The notes below the pieces were generated by a model. It saw only the letters and a program-made list of their open reading frames with translations, did not search any database and was not told where the DNA came from. This document shows positions 1 through 10,436 of a stretch of DNA of 64,000 nucleotides, in pieces. The stretch is taken from positions 1,248,001-1,312,000 of the forward strand of contig CBDCXV010000001.1 of NCBI GenBank assembly GCA_965223905.1. Direction: 5' to 3'. Made by a program: the position numbers and the translations under genes. Source of the stretch: Candidatus Latescibacterota bacterium. GTDB taxonomy: Bacteria > Latescibacterota > UBA2968 > UBA8231. Position 1 is the first letter of the stretch, and every line of letters starts with the position of its first letter.

Positions 1-488
1 GAGGCGAGGCCGCGCGCCTCGAGAACGGCGATCGCGGTTTCGTTGTGGTCGTCGCGGGCCATCAGGGCCATGCCGTTGCGCGCGTCGTAGTAGGGCTTCT
101 GGGTGATCAGGACGTGCGGGCGCACGTCGTAGAAGACCTGCCGCAGATCGTCGACGACCCCGGGGTTCTTCTCGATGCGGAACGGCTGCGGCCACTGCAT
201 GATGCGCACGTCTGAAACGCCGAAGAGTCCGCAGACCTGCCTGACTTCGGCCGCCTTGATTTCGGCGTAGTCCTCCGGGCCCTGGTTGACGACCTGCGGA
301 TCGCGCTCCGCCTCCGGTTTCAGCAGCTCGTCGTGGAGCCGCTCGTTGTGGGTCTGGGCGCCGCTGGTGACGGTGACCAGGGTGACGGAGTCGCCGCGGG
401 CGGCGTGAATGCCGCAGGTGGCGGAGCAGTGGGTGAAGTCGTGCGGGTGGGCGACGACGACGAGAATGCGCAGTGGGGTTTCGCTCAT
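1..488 (-). CDS. PIG-L/LmbE family deacetylase (3' end runs off the window)
   Basis: Manual translation from ATG at 488: MSETPLRILVVVAHPHDFTHC...RPHVLITQ...DDHNETA; ATGA overlap with the upstream PhyH gene. Confidence 0.8.
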   Translation of the reverse strand, partial: MSETPLRILVVVAHPHDFTHCSATCGIHAARGDSVTLVTVTSGAQTHNERLHDELLKPEAERDPQVVNQGPEDYAEIKAAEVRQVCGLFGVSDVRIMQWPQPFRIEKNPGVVDDLRQVFYDVRPHVLITQKPYYDARNGMALMARDDHNETAIAVLEARGLA

Positions 489-1270
489 GCTGTCCTCTGT
501 TCGATGGCCGGCACCGGGGCGTACTGGTTGTGACCGCAGGAACGGTCCTCGCCTCGTACCAGGTAGATGAAATGATTGCGGGCGTGGCCGGGTGGATGGT
601 GGTGGCGCACGTCCGCGGGGAAGTAGCGCATGGTGTACCCGCACCGCCTTTCCGCGGAGCGGTTGGCGTTGGAGGCGTGCAGGGTGAAGGCGTCGTGGAA
701 GTGGCACTCCCCGGTCCGCAGCTCCAGGTCGACGACGCCGGCATCTGACAGATCAGAGCCGACTACCTCCCGCGAAAAGAGGTACCCTTCCTTGCGTATC
801 TCCTCGTAGCTCAGCCCGCGGCGGCGGTGGCTGCCGGCCACCACCCGCATGCAGCCGTTCTCGACGCGGGACTCGTCGACCGCCAGCCACATGGTGATCA
901 CCTTCATCGGCTGCAGCCTCTCCCCCCAGTAGACGCCGTCCTGGTGCCAGGGAACGGCGAGGCCGTCGTCGCGGCGCTTGCTGATGAAATGACTGGACCA
1001 GAGCACGATGTCGGGCCCGATGAAGCGCTCGATGACGTCGAGCACTCGCGGGTGGGCGAGGTACTGGAACAGGAACGGGTGCCGGAAGTGGGGGACGTCG
1101 AGGGACTCGGGCCGCTGCTCTGGCGGCAGGGCCGCGATCATGTCGCCGACGTAGTGCCGCAGCTCCTCCAGCTCGGGCTCGGTGAAGATGCGGCCGAAGG
1201 TCAGGTAGCCGTTTTCCCGGTAGAAGCGAACCTGCTCGTCGGTGGCGGTGGTTTCGGTTTTCCAGCTCAT
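485..1270 (-). CDS. Phytanoyl-CoA dioxygenase (PhyH) family Fe/2OG oxygenase
   Basis: FYRENGYL, WHQD (HxD), ENGCMRVVAGSH, distal TLHAS, RCGYTMRY. Confidence 0.9.
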   Translation of the reverse strand: MSWKTETTATDEQVRFYRENGYLTFGRIFTEPELEELRHYVGDMIAALPPEQRPESLDVPHFRHPFLFQYLAHPRVLDVIERFIGPDIVLWSSHFISKRRDDGLAVPWHQDGVYWGERLQPMKVITMWLAVDESRVENGCMRVVAGSHRRRGLSYEEIRKEGYLFSREVVGSDLSDAGVVDLELRTGECHFHDAFTLHASNANRSAERRCGYTMRYFPADVRHHHPPGHARNHFIYLVRGEDRSCGHNQYAPVPAIEQRTA

Positions 1271-1319
1271 GCGGGGCCTGGTCTGTTGCGAACTCGAGGC
1301 GGATTCGAACGTCTCAAAA

Positions 1320-1530
1320 CAAGCCGTTGATAAAGTTGTTCCGCAGGCGCGGCCGAGTCATGGCGGTCGAAGACTTGGGGCAGAAAAATCACGAAATCGG
1401 ATCCGACCCCTACCTGGATTTTTCTGCCCCAACAAGGCGCCCGACCGAGTCGAATCGCAGGAGATCCGGGGAGGAGCCCCCGGTCTGCCAAGGCCGGCCG
1501 CAGCGCCGGATTAGCTTTTTCAACGGGCTG
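1320..1530. mobile_element. MITE-like non-autonomous element
   Basis: Imperfect terminal inverted repeats caagccgttgataaagtt / agctttttcaacgggctg; internal perfect 16-bp inverted repeat ttggggcagaaaaatc (1375-1390) / gatttttctgccccaa (1417-1432); no transposase ORF. Confidence 0.55.
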
Positions 1531-1568
1531 ACAAGGCAGACAATATCGCAAAAACCGGAGGGAGTGAC

Positions 1569-2129
1569 ATGACCGCGCACAGTCGTTGGGTGGCGATTTT
1601 CGCCGTGGCAGCCGCGGGCTGCTCGTCGGTGGAGACGGAGCACCCGGTAACCGACCGTCCCGAGGCGCTCGACAAAGACCGGCTGGAGGGGGCGTGGCTC
1701 TTCGAAGACGAGATCCTCCACCTGAAGTTCGGCAGCGACAACGTCGGCCAGATGGGGTCACTGGAATGGAAGGATGGCGAGTTCCGCGTCATGCGCGCCG
1801 AATTCGTCGTCGTCCACGCCGGGGAGGGCCGTTACGCAAGCCTGAGGTTCGATGACGACGAAGCCGGCTCCTACGGGTTGCTGAACTACGACTTCGCATC
1901 CAACGGGGATCTGCTCGTTCGCGTTGAGCCGACCGACGAGTTCGAGCGGGCAATCGCCGCCGGGCGGCTGCGCGGACAGGTCAAAAAGGACGGGAAGGAC
2001 ACGGAGATAATGCTGGCGAGCCCGTCGGACACCCTGCTCACCTTCCTGTCGTCCGCCTCTCCCAACCAGCTGTTCGGAGGCGAGGCGTTTGTTCTGAGAA
2101 AGCTAACCGTCCCCGGCGGAGTGGAATGA
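1569..2129 (+). CDS. Hypothetical lipoprotein
   Basis: GGAG RBS; signal peptide with lipobox AAGC. Confidence 0.65.
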   Translation: MTAHSRWVAIFAVAAAGCSSVETEHPVTDRPEALDKDRLEGAWLFEDEILHLKFGSDNVGQMGSLEWKDGEFRVMRAEFVVVHAGEGRYASLRFDDDEAGSYGLLNYDFASNGDLLVRVEPTDEFERAIAAGRLRGQVKKDGKDTEIMLASPSDTLLTFLSSASPNQLFGGEAFVLRKLTVPGGVE

Positions 2130-3161
2130 CAGCGGTTCCCCCGGCGCCAGGGCCCGCTTCACAAGCGCCCCGAATGGGGTGAGCCTGGTGCGGCTAGGAG
2201 AGGTGAACATGCTCGGCGTCCAGGCGTGGTCCCAGATCCAGGCGGTCCAGCCGAGCCCCAGCTCCTCGCAGTAGCGGACCAGGGACTCCCCGTATCTGCG
2301 CATGCTCGCCGGGTGTCCGGCGCCGAATCCCCATTCCCCGAGAAACACCGGGCTGGTCGTCGAAAGCCTGGAAACCACCTTCTTCCAGGACTCGCCGACC
2401 CAGGGGTACGGGTGGATCTCGTAGACGATGCCGTCCCGGCGCACCGGGTCGGAGAGCGCTCCCTCCAGCTCGCTCGCGAAGTCGACCCCGGAGACCAGGA
2501 TCAGGGCCTCGGGGTGCTGGTCCCGCACCGTGTCGACGAGCTGCTCGGCGACCGGGCGCCACTCGCTCCAGGAGATGAACGCCGGCTCGTTGAAGACGCT
2601 GTAGAGGACCCACGGCTTGTCGCGGTAGCGGGCGGCGATCTCGGTATTGAAGGCGATCGCCAGCCCGAGGTCGGGGTCGTAGGGGTTGCCGTTCCAGGGC
2701 GGGTCGTAGCCCCAGGGGGTATCCTCGACCTCGCCGGTCAGCGGGTTGCCGTGGGCGTGGTACCCCAGCAGCAGGTAGAGCTCCCGTTCCCCCGCCCACT
2801 CGACCAGGGGATCGACGAAATCGCGCAGGTACGTCGGGTGGTTGGACATCAGGTCGGGATGCATCGGCACGCGGACGATGCCGGCGTTCCACTCGACGGC
2901 CAGGGTTTCGATATCCCGCTCGCTGGGGTTGGGGGAGTAGCGGGAAGCTCGGCCGATCAGCGGGTCGACGACGGCCACCCCCCGCAGGATCACGTCGGAG
3001 CCGTCGGCCCCGACAATGCGGTTCTCCTCGACGTGGAGGGCGGTGAACGATCCCGGGCGCTCCGGCGCCGCCGGCTCGGTGGGCAGCTCGCCGCAGGCGA
3101 ACAGCGACAGCGCCAGGGCCGCGGCCTGGGAGAGGCGAAAGATGGACGGGAGCACGGCCAT
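2103..3161 (-). CDS. Glycoside hydrolase family 5 (cellulase-like) lipoprotein
   Basis: Lipobox LFAC; VILRGV; acid/base FNEP; EIHPY; nucleophile FLGEWG; GWTAW. Confidence 0.85.
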   Translation of the reverse strand: MAVLPSIFRLSQAAALALSLFACGELPTEPAAPERPGSFTALHVEENRIVGADGSDVILRGVAVVDPLIGRASRYSPNPSERDIETLAVEWNAGIVRVPMHPDLMSNHPTYLRDFVDPLVEWAGERELYLLLGYHAHGNPLTGEVEDTPWGYDPPWNGNPYDPDLGLAIAFNTEIAARYRDKPWVLYSVFNEPAFISWSEWRPVAEQLVDTVRDQHPEALILVSGVDFASELEGALSDPVRRDGIVYEIHPYPWVGESWKKVVSRLSTTSPVFLGEWGFGAGHPASMRRYGESLVRYCEELGLGWTAWIWDHAWTPSMFTSPSRTRLTPFGALVKRALAPGEPLSFHSAGDG

Positions 3162-3308
3162 TCTCCGGCGCCCGGTGCCTCGTAGAACGACACAACCGCC
3201 TCCTGCAAGAAGATTCATGCAGGGTCAGGTTAATGCATCCCCGACGGGGACGCGGACATTCTGCTGATCTCCCCTACGGCTGATTCCGGGATTAACGAAT
3301 ACTGCCGG

Positions 3309-3650
3309 TCAACCCGCATCGCTGATTTCAACCAGAAGCTCCCCCTTGGTTACCAACTCGAGGGCATCCGGAAGGGTTTTCGATAAGATCGTTCTCAAGC
3401 GTGCATTCGAAGTATTTCCGCAGGTAATCCAGATTACTTTCGGGGGAGACCCCAGACGTCCCGACAGCTCGACAAAGTCTCGATCCTTGGTTATCACAAT
3501 CGCGTCAGCTTCCCGCGCGGAGTTAAAAACATCGAGATCCTCAGCCTCCCTGAGACCCAGATCGCGCACATGGACAATATCCAAGCCAAAGGCATCGCGA
3601 ATCCACGGGGCGAGCCTTGGGGAAATTTGAGCGTCGAGCCAAAGGGTCAT
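3309..3650 (-). CDS. DUF5615 PIN-like toxin
   Basis: WLDAQISPRLA...ITKDRDF...PPKVIWITCGNTSN. Confidence 0.85.
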   Translation of the reverse strand: MTLWLDAQISPRLAPWIRDAFGLDIVHVRDLGLREAEDLDVFNSAREADAIVITKDRDFVELSGRLGSPPKVIWITCGNTSNARLRTILSKTLPDALELVTKGELLVEISDAG

Positions 3651-3871
3651 GCAGCGAGTACCGGATGATCAAGCCGCTCACTGGCGAAGCGAAGACAGGC
3701 GCGAATATCCTCGGATTCAAGGTCGGGATGATCGGCCAAGATCTGTTCAATAGTCGAGTCGTGGGCGAGTAAATCCAGCACATCCGTAACGCGAATCCGC
3801 ATTCCTCGAATACAGGGTCGTCCCCCACACTGCTTCGGGTTCACCGTAATACGATCTGATAGAATTGCCAT
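3647..3871 (-). CDS. DUF433 antitoxin
   Basis: RITVNPKQCGGRPCIRGMRIRVTDVLDLL; ATGA-coupled to DUF5615. Confidence 0.9.
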   Translation of the reverse strand: MAILSDRITVNPKQCGGRPCIRGMRIRVTDVLDLLAHDSTIEQILADHPDLESEDIRACLRFASERLDHPVLAA

Positions 3872-4144
3872 AGCTGTTCCTTTCCTACCCGGTTTGTTTA
3901 TTCTCATTCCCTCTCTGTTTTCAAAATGGTATAGTAGTAACAATGGTTTATACCTGCTACCATCATGTACTCGCCTGGATCGGAATGACAATGGGTGTGG
4001 GTGCCCTTTAATCCGAATCCCCACCGCTTGGGATCCCGGGAATGGGTGTCTCCGAGTCTGCTTCCCATGGGAGTTACATGATGCTGTGCGAATGTTTGGG
4101 CACGGGTTTCATCTGCGTGATTCGGGGGGTTCGTCGGTCTCCCG

Positions 4145-4253
4145 CAGCACCTCGAACCCGGACTAATCCACTTCAACCAGCTCGACAAGCAACCCGTTCC
4201 TGACCCAGCCAAACTCCGGGTTGATCTCCAGCGCCCTTTCAAAGGCAGCGCGC
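4145..4253 (-). repeat. Diverged copy of the 3' end of the TPR gene (second copy 4959-5069)
   Basis: Aligns to 4959-5069; encodes AAFERALEINPEFGWVRNGLLVELVEVD*. Confidence 0.9.
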
Positions 4254-4270
4254 TCAGGTTCCCATCCAAT

Positions 4271-4567
4271 TCAGGCCGCGTGTATCCGAACTTGATCCAG
4301 TCTGTCGGCCAAGGTTTCCAGGGTCGTTTCAAGATCATACCGGGTTTGGAGATTCATCCAGAATTGCGCTTCCATCCCGAAAAAGCGCCCCAGACGCAAG
4401 GCCGTATCCGCGGTGATTCCCCGCTTCCCGTGCACGATTTCATTGATGCGACGTGGCGGCACACAGATGGCCTGAGCCAGGTGATATTGGCTCATCTGCA
4501 TGGGCTTGAGAAAATCCTCCAAAAGGATTTCACCCGGATGGACAGGGGGGAAGTCACGCTTTGTCAT
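4271..4567 (-). CDS. higA: HigA/VapI family antitoxin
   Basis: PPVHPGEILLEDFL...RINEIVHGKRGITADTALRLGRFFG...FWMNLQ. Confidence 0.92.
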   Translation of the reverse strand: MTKRDFPPVHPGEILLEDFLKPMQMSQYHLAQAICVPPRRINEIVHGKRGITADTALRLGRFFGMEAQFWMNLQTRYDLETTLETLADRLDQVRIHAA

Positions 4568-4578
4568 TTCGTCTCTCC

Positions 4579-4860
4579 TCAGTGGTAATCGACGATCTCG
4601 ACGTCAAAGGCATCCCCGCTCCGCCACACAAAGCACACCCGCCACTGATCGTTAACACGAAGGCTGTGTTGCCCCCGTCGATCTCCGCTCAACGCTTCGA
4701 GTCGGTCGCCAGGGGGTACACGCAAGGTAGCAAGGACCGTGGCGGCGTTGAGTTGCTCGAGCTTGCGAGCCGCCACCCGTTGAATATCCTGCGGCAGTTT
4801 GCGGGAAAATCGGCCGCTGAAAACTTTCCCGGTTTCCTTGTCCTTGAATGATTTGATCAT
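4579..4860 (-). CDS. higB: HigB (RelE/ParE family) toxin
   Basis: MIKSFKDKET...LEALSGDRRGQHSLRVNDQWRVCF...VEIVDYH. Confidence 0.92.
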   Translation of the reverse strand: MIKSFKDKETGKVFSGRFSRKLPQDIQRVAARKLEQLNAATVLATLRVPPGDRLEALSGDRRGQHSLRVNDQWRVCFVWRSGDAFDVEIVDYH

Positions 4861-4869
4861 ACCAATGCA

Positions 4870-4900
4870 TAACGACTTCCGTTAATAACGTCAACCGTTA
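4870..4900 (-). promoter_or_regulatory. higBA promoter with tandem operators
   Basis: Two TAACG-N5-CGTTA palindromes (4870-4884, 4886-4900) overlapping a minus-strand TTGACG -35; no RBS before the ATG, so possibly leaderless. Confidence 0.65.
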
Positions 4901-4987
4901 TCGGTGGCTTTTCGGATGTGTATCCGGGGCGCTCGGGACAGTGCAAGGACCTGATCGACAGCACCGCGAACCCGGAACTAATCCCCT

Positions 4988-5746
4988 TCATTCAGCTCGT
5001 ACAAGCAACCCGTTCTTGACCCAGCCGAACTCCGGGTTGATCTCCAGCGCCCTTTCAAAGGCGGCGCGCGCCGGCTCCTTTTCGCCCCTGTCCGCGTGGG
5101 CGATCCCCAGCCAGGCCCAGGCCTGGCTGTGTCCCCATTCCGGCTGGATGGGATCGCCCGGCATTTCCCGGGCAAACAGTTCCGTGGCTCGCCGGAACCC
5201 CTGCATCCCCCTCTCCTTGCTCCCCCCCAACACCTGGGGAGTGTTGTAATCGTTCAAGGCCGCGCATAGTACGACGCGCGGATTGTCCGGTGCGATCTCC
5301 CGGGCTTTTTCGAGGGCCTTGCCGATTCTGCGGCCCAGAAGTATCCATTTGACCGGGTTCAGGGCGATCTGCCTTCCGTACGCGCTCGAAAGCAGGGCAT
5401 GGGCTTCGGCTGACCTGGGGTCGAGGCGAAGGGTTTCCCGCAGATGCTCGACCGCTGATTTCAGGTGCAGGGAAGCCTGCTTTTTGTCGTCGGTCCGGCC
5501 AAGCAGGTAGTTGACGATGCTGTGATCCGCCAGGGCGATGTAGTAGTGGCCCCAGGCGGACAGACCTGTATCGGCAAGGACCCGCTCGAACATCCCCCTG
5601 GCGGCGTGCATGGTATCGAGGCTTCCGGCATTCACCCCTGCCTGCAGCACCTGTTTTCCACGGACGATCAGGCTGTCGCCCCACTGGGCGGGTACGGGAT
5701 GGGGGACTGAGAAAAGGACAACCAGTGACAGCTGATAGAATCGCAC
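4988..5746 (-). CDS. Secreted tetratricopeptide-repeat protein
   Basis: Signal peptide; TPR motifs AEAHALLSSAYG, AWAWLGIAH...ARAAFERALEINP. Confidence 0.8.
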   Translation of the reverse strand: MRFYQLSLVVLFSVPHPVPAQWGDSLIVRGKQVLQAGVNAGSLDTMHAARGMFERVLADTGLSAWGHYYIALADHSIVNYLLGRTDDKKQASLHLKSAVEHLRETLRLDPRSAEAHALLSSAYGRQIALNPVKWILLGRRIGKALEKAREIAPDNPRVVLCAALNDYNTPQVLGGSKERGMQGFRRATELFAREMPGDPIQPEWGHSQAWAWLGIAHADRGEKEPARAAFERALEINPEFGWVKNGLLVRAE

Positions 5747-6003
5747 TTGTGGCCTTGGTTGAGGTCGATAACTCGAAGCCAGGCTGACACCAGAATAACG
5801 GGACCGGCGAAAGAGGGTTCCCGGCCGGCCCCTGATGGTCCGGGTTGAAGTCGCAGCCGGGACATTTACCCGATCGAGCAGGTGGCCAACTGCCGGGGTA
5901 ACCGTTCGAACAGCCTCCAGGAGGAAATTATTTCACGCTCAGGCGTTACGTTCCTTGCTGTTCGCGCATCTTACTCAGGGATTCAGCAAAAATCGACGTG
6001 TCG

Positions 6004-7791
6004 ATGACGAACGACAGGGATCTGGTCGAGGCCAGCCTCGGCGGAGACGTCCAGGCCTTTGCCGGCCTGGTGGAGCGCTACCGCTACGCAGTATTCGGCC
6101 TCTGCCTGAATTACACGCGGGACTTCGATGCGGCCGAGGATGCAGCTCAGGAGGCCTTCATCAAGGCCTTCCTGAAGTTGCGAAACCTCGAGGCCGGCGA
6201 CCGCTTCGCTCCGTGGCTCAGGCAGATCGCCGTCAACGAGTGCCGCATGGGGTACCGGCGGCGCGCGGAGCCGCTGACCGAGTGCGTCGAGAAGACCCTG
6301 GTATCGCCGGCAGGAACGCCGGAGGACGAGGCGATCGCGGTCGAGGGCCGGCGCACGGTGCTCACCGCTCTCGGAACGCTCAGCGACGAGCAGCAGCAGT
6401 TGATCACCTTGTTCTACCTGGAGGGCCTGTCTCAGAAGGAAATTGCCGCGTTCCTGGATCTGGCACCGCAGGCGGTGAACCAGCGGCTGTACCGAGCCCG
6501 CAATCAGCTGAGAAAGGAGATGCTGAACATGGTCGAAGAAATTCTGGGAGGCCGGAAGTTGCCCGATGGATTTACCGATGAGGTCATCCGGACCGCGCTC
6601 GGGCGCGGCCGAGGGCTTCTGAAAGAACAGCGGTGGACCGAGGCCAAGGCACAGTTCCGCAAGGTGACTTCCACTGTCCGCGACAATCTGGATGCCCAGC
6701 GGGGCCTGGCCCATGCCCTGGAAGGGGAGGTGCACGCCATGATGCGCGGGGAAGTGGAGGACATCGACAACAAGCTCCTGCAGGAGGCCCTGGCAGCGCA
6801 CGAGGAGGCGTTTCGCTTGGGCGCCCGGGACGAGGAGACGGCGTGGAACCTGGCCGGGTTGTACGATCGCCTCAACCGACGGGGCGATCGAGCGCGCGTC
6901 CTCCAGGTGTTCGGGGAGTCGACGGACGACGCTCAGAAGGCGTTCCGCGCGCTGGAGCAGGCCTCCTGGAGCTACCGGCTTATCGATGATCAACTGGCAT
7001 TCGATCTCCACCGCAAAGCCCTCGCCATCGACGGTATTGAGCCGGAAGATCGTCTCAGGATCTATTTCGCGGCACCGCTGGTGATCTATTTCAACGTGGG
7101 CAAGGGTGACTTGTGGCTTGCCGAGACCGAGGCCCTGTCGCCGGAGTTGGGACTACCCCTCTCCATCAATCATTACATGTACTATCGCGATCGAATGTCG
7201 TTGCTGAGCAGGATGGGCCGGCATCGGAAGGCGATTGAGACCGGGCAAGTCTTTCTGCGTCGATTGGAAAGCGAGGCAGTCGAGGATCCTGTGCAGCGAC
7301 GCTGGTGGATCGCCCATATCCTGGCGAATTCGATTCAAAGCCGGCACGAATCCGGGGATGAAGCGGCCGTTCGTGCCGAGGTCCAGTCGGCAAGAGAGAA
7401 CCTGGTCGAGTACGAGAAGGAATGGCGGGCGGCGCCCGATGATGCAGCGGAGGCTGAATACCGAAAGTTCTACGGATACGCCAACAACAACCTCGCCGGA
7501 CGGCTGCGCCAGATCGGACTGTTCGACGAAGCCATCGAGTTCTTGGAAAAGGCACTGACGGCAGGAGACAGTGGGAATAATTATATGGCCCTGGCGTGCG
7601 GCTATCTGGGGAAGAACGACAAAGCCGGGGCCCTCGAAGCGATGCGCCGTATGCACCGCTCTCCGAAACCGGCATTGAGGAAGTGGATTTACTTCGGGGG
7701 GGCGAAGCGGTGGTTCGACGCCGCCGTGTTCGATCCGGTGCGCGACGATCCGAAGTTTGCGGCTCTGGCCCAGGACGGGATCTCCAGTTAG
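6004..7791 (+). CDS. ECF sigma-70 factor with long TPR-like C-terminal extension
   Basis: DAAEDAAQEAF, FAPWLRQIAVN, LFYLEGLSQKEIA...RLYRAR, then ~420 aa of helical repeats. Confidence 0.85.
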   Translation: MTNDRDLVEASLGGDVQAFAGLVERYRYAVFGLCLNYTRDFDAAEDAAQEAFIKAFLKLRNLEAGDRFAPWLRQIAVNECRMGYRRRAEPLTECVEKTLVSPAGTPEDEAIAVEGRRTVLTALGTLSDEQQQLITLFYLEGLSQKEIAAFLDLAPQAVNQRLYRARNQLRKEMLNMVEEILGGRKLPDGFTDEVIRTALGRGRGLLKEQRWTEAKAQFRKVTSTVRDNLDAQRGLAHALEGEVHAMMRGEVEDIDNKLLQEALAAHEEAFRLGARDEETAWNLAGLYDRLNRRGDRARVLQVFGESTDDAQKAFRALEQASWSYRLIDDQLAFDLHRKALAIDGIEPEDRLRIYFAAPLVIYFNVGKGDLWLAETEALSPELGLPLSINHYMYYRDRMSLLSRMGRHRKAIETGQVFLRRLESEAVEDPVQRRWWIAHILANSIQSRHESGDEAAVRAEVQSARENLVEYEKEWRAAPDDAAEAEYRKFYGYANNNLAGRLRQIGLFDEAIEFLEKALTAGDSGNNYMALACGYLGKNDKAGALEAMRRMHRSPKPALRKWIYFGGAKRWFDAAVFDPVRDDPKFAALAQDGISS

Positions 7792-7984
7792 TGCAGAACA
7801 ACCGGGACTGGGAGATCCTCTTCGATGCCGATGATGCCCTGGTTGGTGAAGATGCGAGTTGACGGCACCGTTCGTTTCCAGACAAACGTGCCCGGAGCCA
7901 CGCATCCCATCGGCCGCATTCCCGACAGAATGACATCGACGACCCGGACCGTCGGCGGTTCTGCGCCCTGGCTGCGCCGCGAGT

Positions 7985-10393
7985 CTACCGGTTCGCCTCC
8001 GCCAGCAGCGCCGCGATCTCGCGCCGCGCTTCCAGCAGGTCCTCCGGGTTGCGGCTGTAGTCGGTGAGCGAGCCGAGGCGGTCGTCGATCGCCAGGGCCG
8101 CTTCAGCCATCCTTCCGCGACCTCGAGCTCGCCGCTGCGGACCTTCGCTACGGCCTGCTCGAGCAGCCACAGGTACTCGTAGTCCTCCAGCCCGTCCCGC
8201 ATGTTCTTCATGCGTATCGAGGGGACCGGCCCATCCGGGCCGGGGTAGAAGATGATGCCGGCGCCGTTGTACCTGCCGGTGCCGGTGCCGCGGGCGTTGG
8301 TGAGGGGGCCCGCGGTTCACCGTCTCCGTCCACTGGTTGAGGCACCAGTAGAGGAAGCCGTCGCTGCCGGCCCGGTAGGGCATGAACCCCATGAGCAGCC
8401 GGTGCTCGACCGCCGCGTCCTCGATGCGGACGTTCGGGTACGGCTCGTCGGGCCCGGCGGTGATGTACCACCAGATCTCGCGGCCGCGCTCGCGGGTCGC
8501 GGCGATCGCCGGTGTCGTCTGGTTGTAGACGTTGATTCCCGGCACCCAGATGTCGACGTAGGGATCGAGGCCGCTGTCGATGCCGTAGGAGTCGTCGTAC
8601 GCCGTCGTCATCAGCGGGATGCCCGGATACAGTCTCTTGATCTCGCCGTGGATGTCCCGGATGGAGTCGAAGCGGTTCTCCGACACCTCGTCGAAGGTGA
8701 AGATGTAGGCCATGTCGAGCAGGCCCGCTTCCCGGAAGCGCGGCACCCCTTCGGCGAGCGCCTCGAACAGCACCTTGCGGCGCCCGGCCGGGGTAGGGCT
8801 CCTCGCGCGGAAGGTTGCCGTAGGCCTGGACGGCGAGCAGCACGAACCTGCGGGCGCCGTGCTCGTGCCAGAGCCGCACCCACTCGGTCGGCGGGGCCTG
8901 GCGGTAGCGGTAGATGTTGTCCGGGAACATCCGGTGGCCGAGGCCGAGGTCGACGCTCTTGCGATGGACCTCGGCGACGTGCCGGGCCGGGGGGGTGAGC
9001 CCGGATTCGTCGAGCCGGCCGCCGATATACTTCAGCATCTTCTCCAGGTCGGCGCGATTCTCGAAGTAGAAACCCCCGGTCGCCTGCGGCCAGTAGGAGG
9101 GACAGGGGAAAGTGGTGCTCCACCGGAACGGCGAAATCCCACACCTCGACCTCGAAGGGCACCTCGAGGGGGGGGGGGGGGGGGGGGGGGGGGGGTAGTC
9201 CTCCCTGGCCGCCCCGACTCCCGGCGGTGACGGTGATCGTTCCGGTGTACAGCCCCGGCGCCTGGCCGGTCACGGTGCGCACGTCGAGCCAGACCGGCTG
9301 CCAGACGTTGGCGTCGAGCTCGAAGCCGTCGAGGAAGTCGAGCAGCGGATCCGGCCACCAGCCCTGGTGCTCGACGTCGTAGGGCGGCGGCCGGGTGTTG
9401 ACGTAGCCGACCGGCAGCACCTCGACCTGCCCCGACTCGATGCGGTTTCCATCTGGCCCGTCCAGGTCGCTAACGGCGACGCGGACGTCCCGGAGCGGAT
9501 AGGTGGCGGCGACCGCGGGGTAGCGCAGAACGAGCTGCACCCCCTCGCTCTCGTTGGCCGCCAGCTCGACCCGCACGGTGCCGCCGATCTCGCCGGCGAA
9601 AGGAAGCTCCCGGGAATCGCGGAAGACCTTCGTCATCCCGTGGGTCCAGCCGAACCCCCAGCCGGTGTCCCCGGCCTGCACGGCGAACCGGTCCTCCCTG
9701 GCGCGAACAACGAGCCGCGCCAGCCTGCTTCGGATTCCCCGCACCTGTCCCGCCCAGCGCCCGGCAGCCGCTTCGTCCCCGCCCGCGGCGATCTGCGTCC
9801 ATTGCTCCGAGAGCCTGGCCGAGCTCCCCTTCGATCTCGCGCAGGTTGGCGCGGACGTGGAGGGTCCGCGGCTCCTCCTCGATGCCGGCGATGAGCCCGG
9901 CGGCGCGGTCCGCGAGGCGCCGCACGTCGCCAAGGTCCCCGGTTTCGAGCCGGATGTGGTCGAGGTTGATCTCGATTTTTCGCGGGGGATCGGCGAAGAA
10001 GAAGCGCAGCTCGTCGATGGTGGAGACGTGATCGACGTCGACGCGCAGGGTCTGCCAGCCCGGCTGCAGGACAACCTGTTCGAGTCCGGGGTGGTCGCCG
10101 AGGCGGATCCACAGGTTCACGGGGCGCTCGGCCGGGTTGAATGCCTCGAAGACCAGGTGCCGGTACGGGGACCAGTCCCGCACCGGAAGCTTCTCTCCGG
10201 TGAGGTGAATCGCCGGCCAGCCGCGGCCCTTCCAGGTATCGTCCGCGGAGACCCCGCCTTCACTGACGGAAGGGACGACGAGCCGCGCGGAGGCCCGGCC
10301 GTGGCGGACGCGGTCCGTGTCGAGCTCCCAGCGCATCACCGTCAGGGTAGGCGCCAGCTCCCAGCGCGCCATCTTGGGTGAGAGGCGGTCCAC
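7985..10393 (-). pseudogene. GH123/DUF4091-like glycoside hydrolase, multiply frameshifted
   Basis: Pieces in ORFs 9470..10393, 8611..10074 (ELAANESEGVQLV, WWPDPLL, WQPVWLDV), 8208..9038, 7985..8773 (TFDE, DIWVP, GFLYW) and 7153..8211 (MRDGLEDYEYL); about 5 frame changes. Confidence 0.75.
9168..9195 (+). repeat. 28-nt poly-G tract (poly-Pro on the coding strand)
   Basis: Counted directly in the sequence. Confidence 0.9.
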
Positions 10394-10436
10394 ACTGAAG
10401 CGACAGCCGGGGTCGACCAGTAGTGGAAAACCTGTC

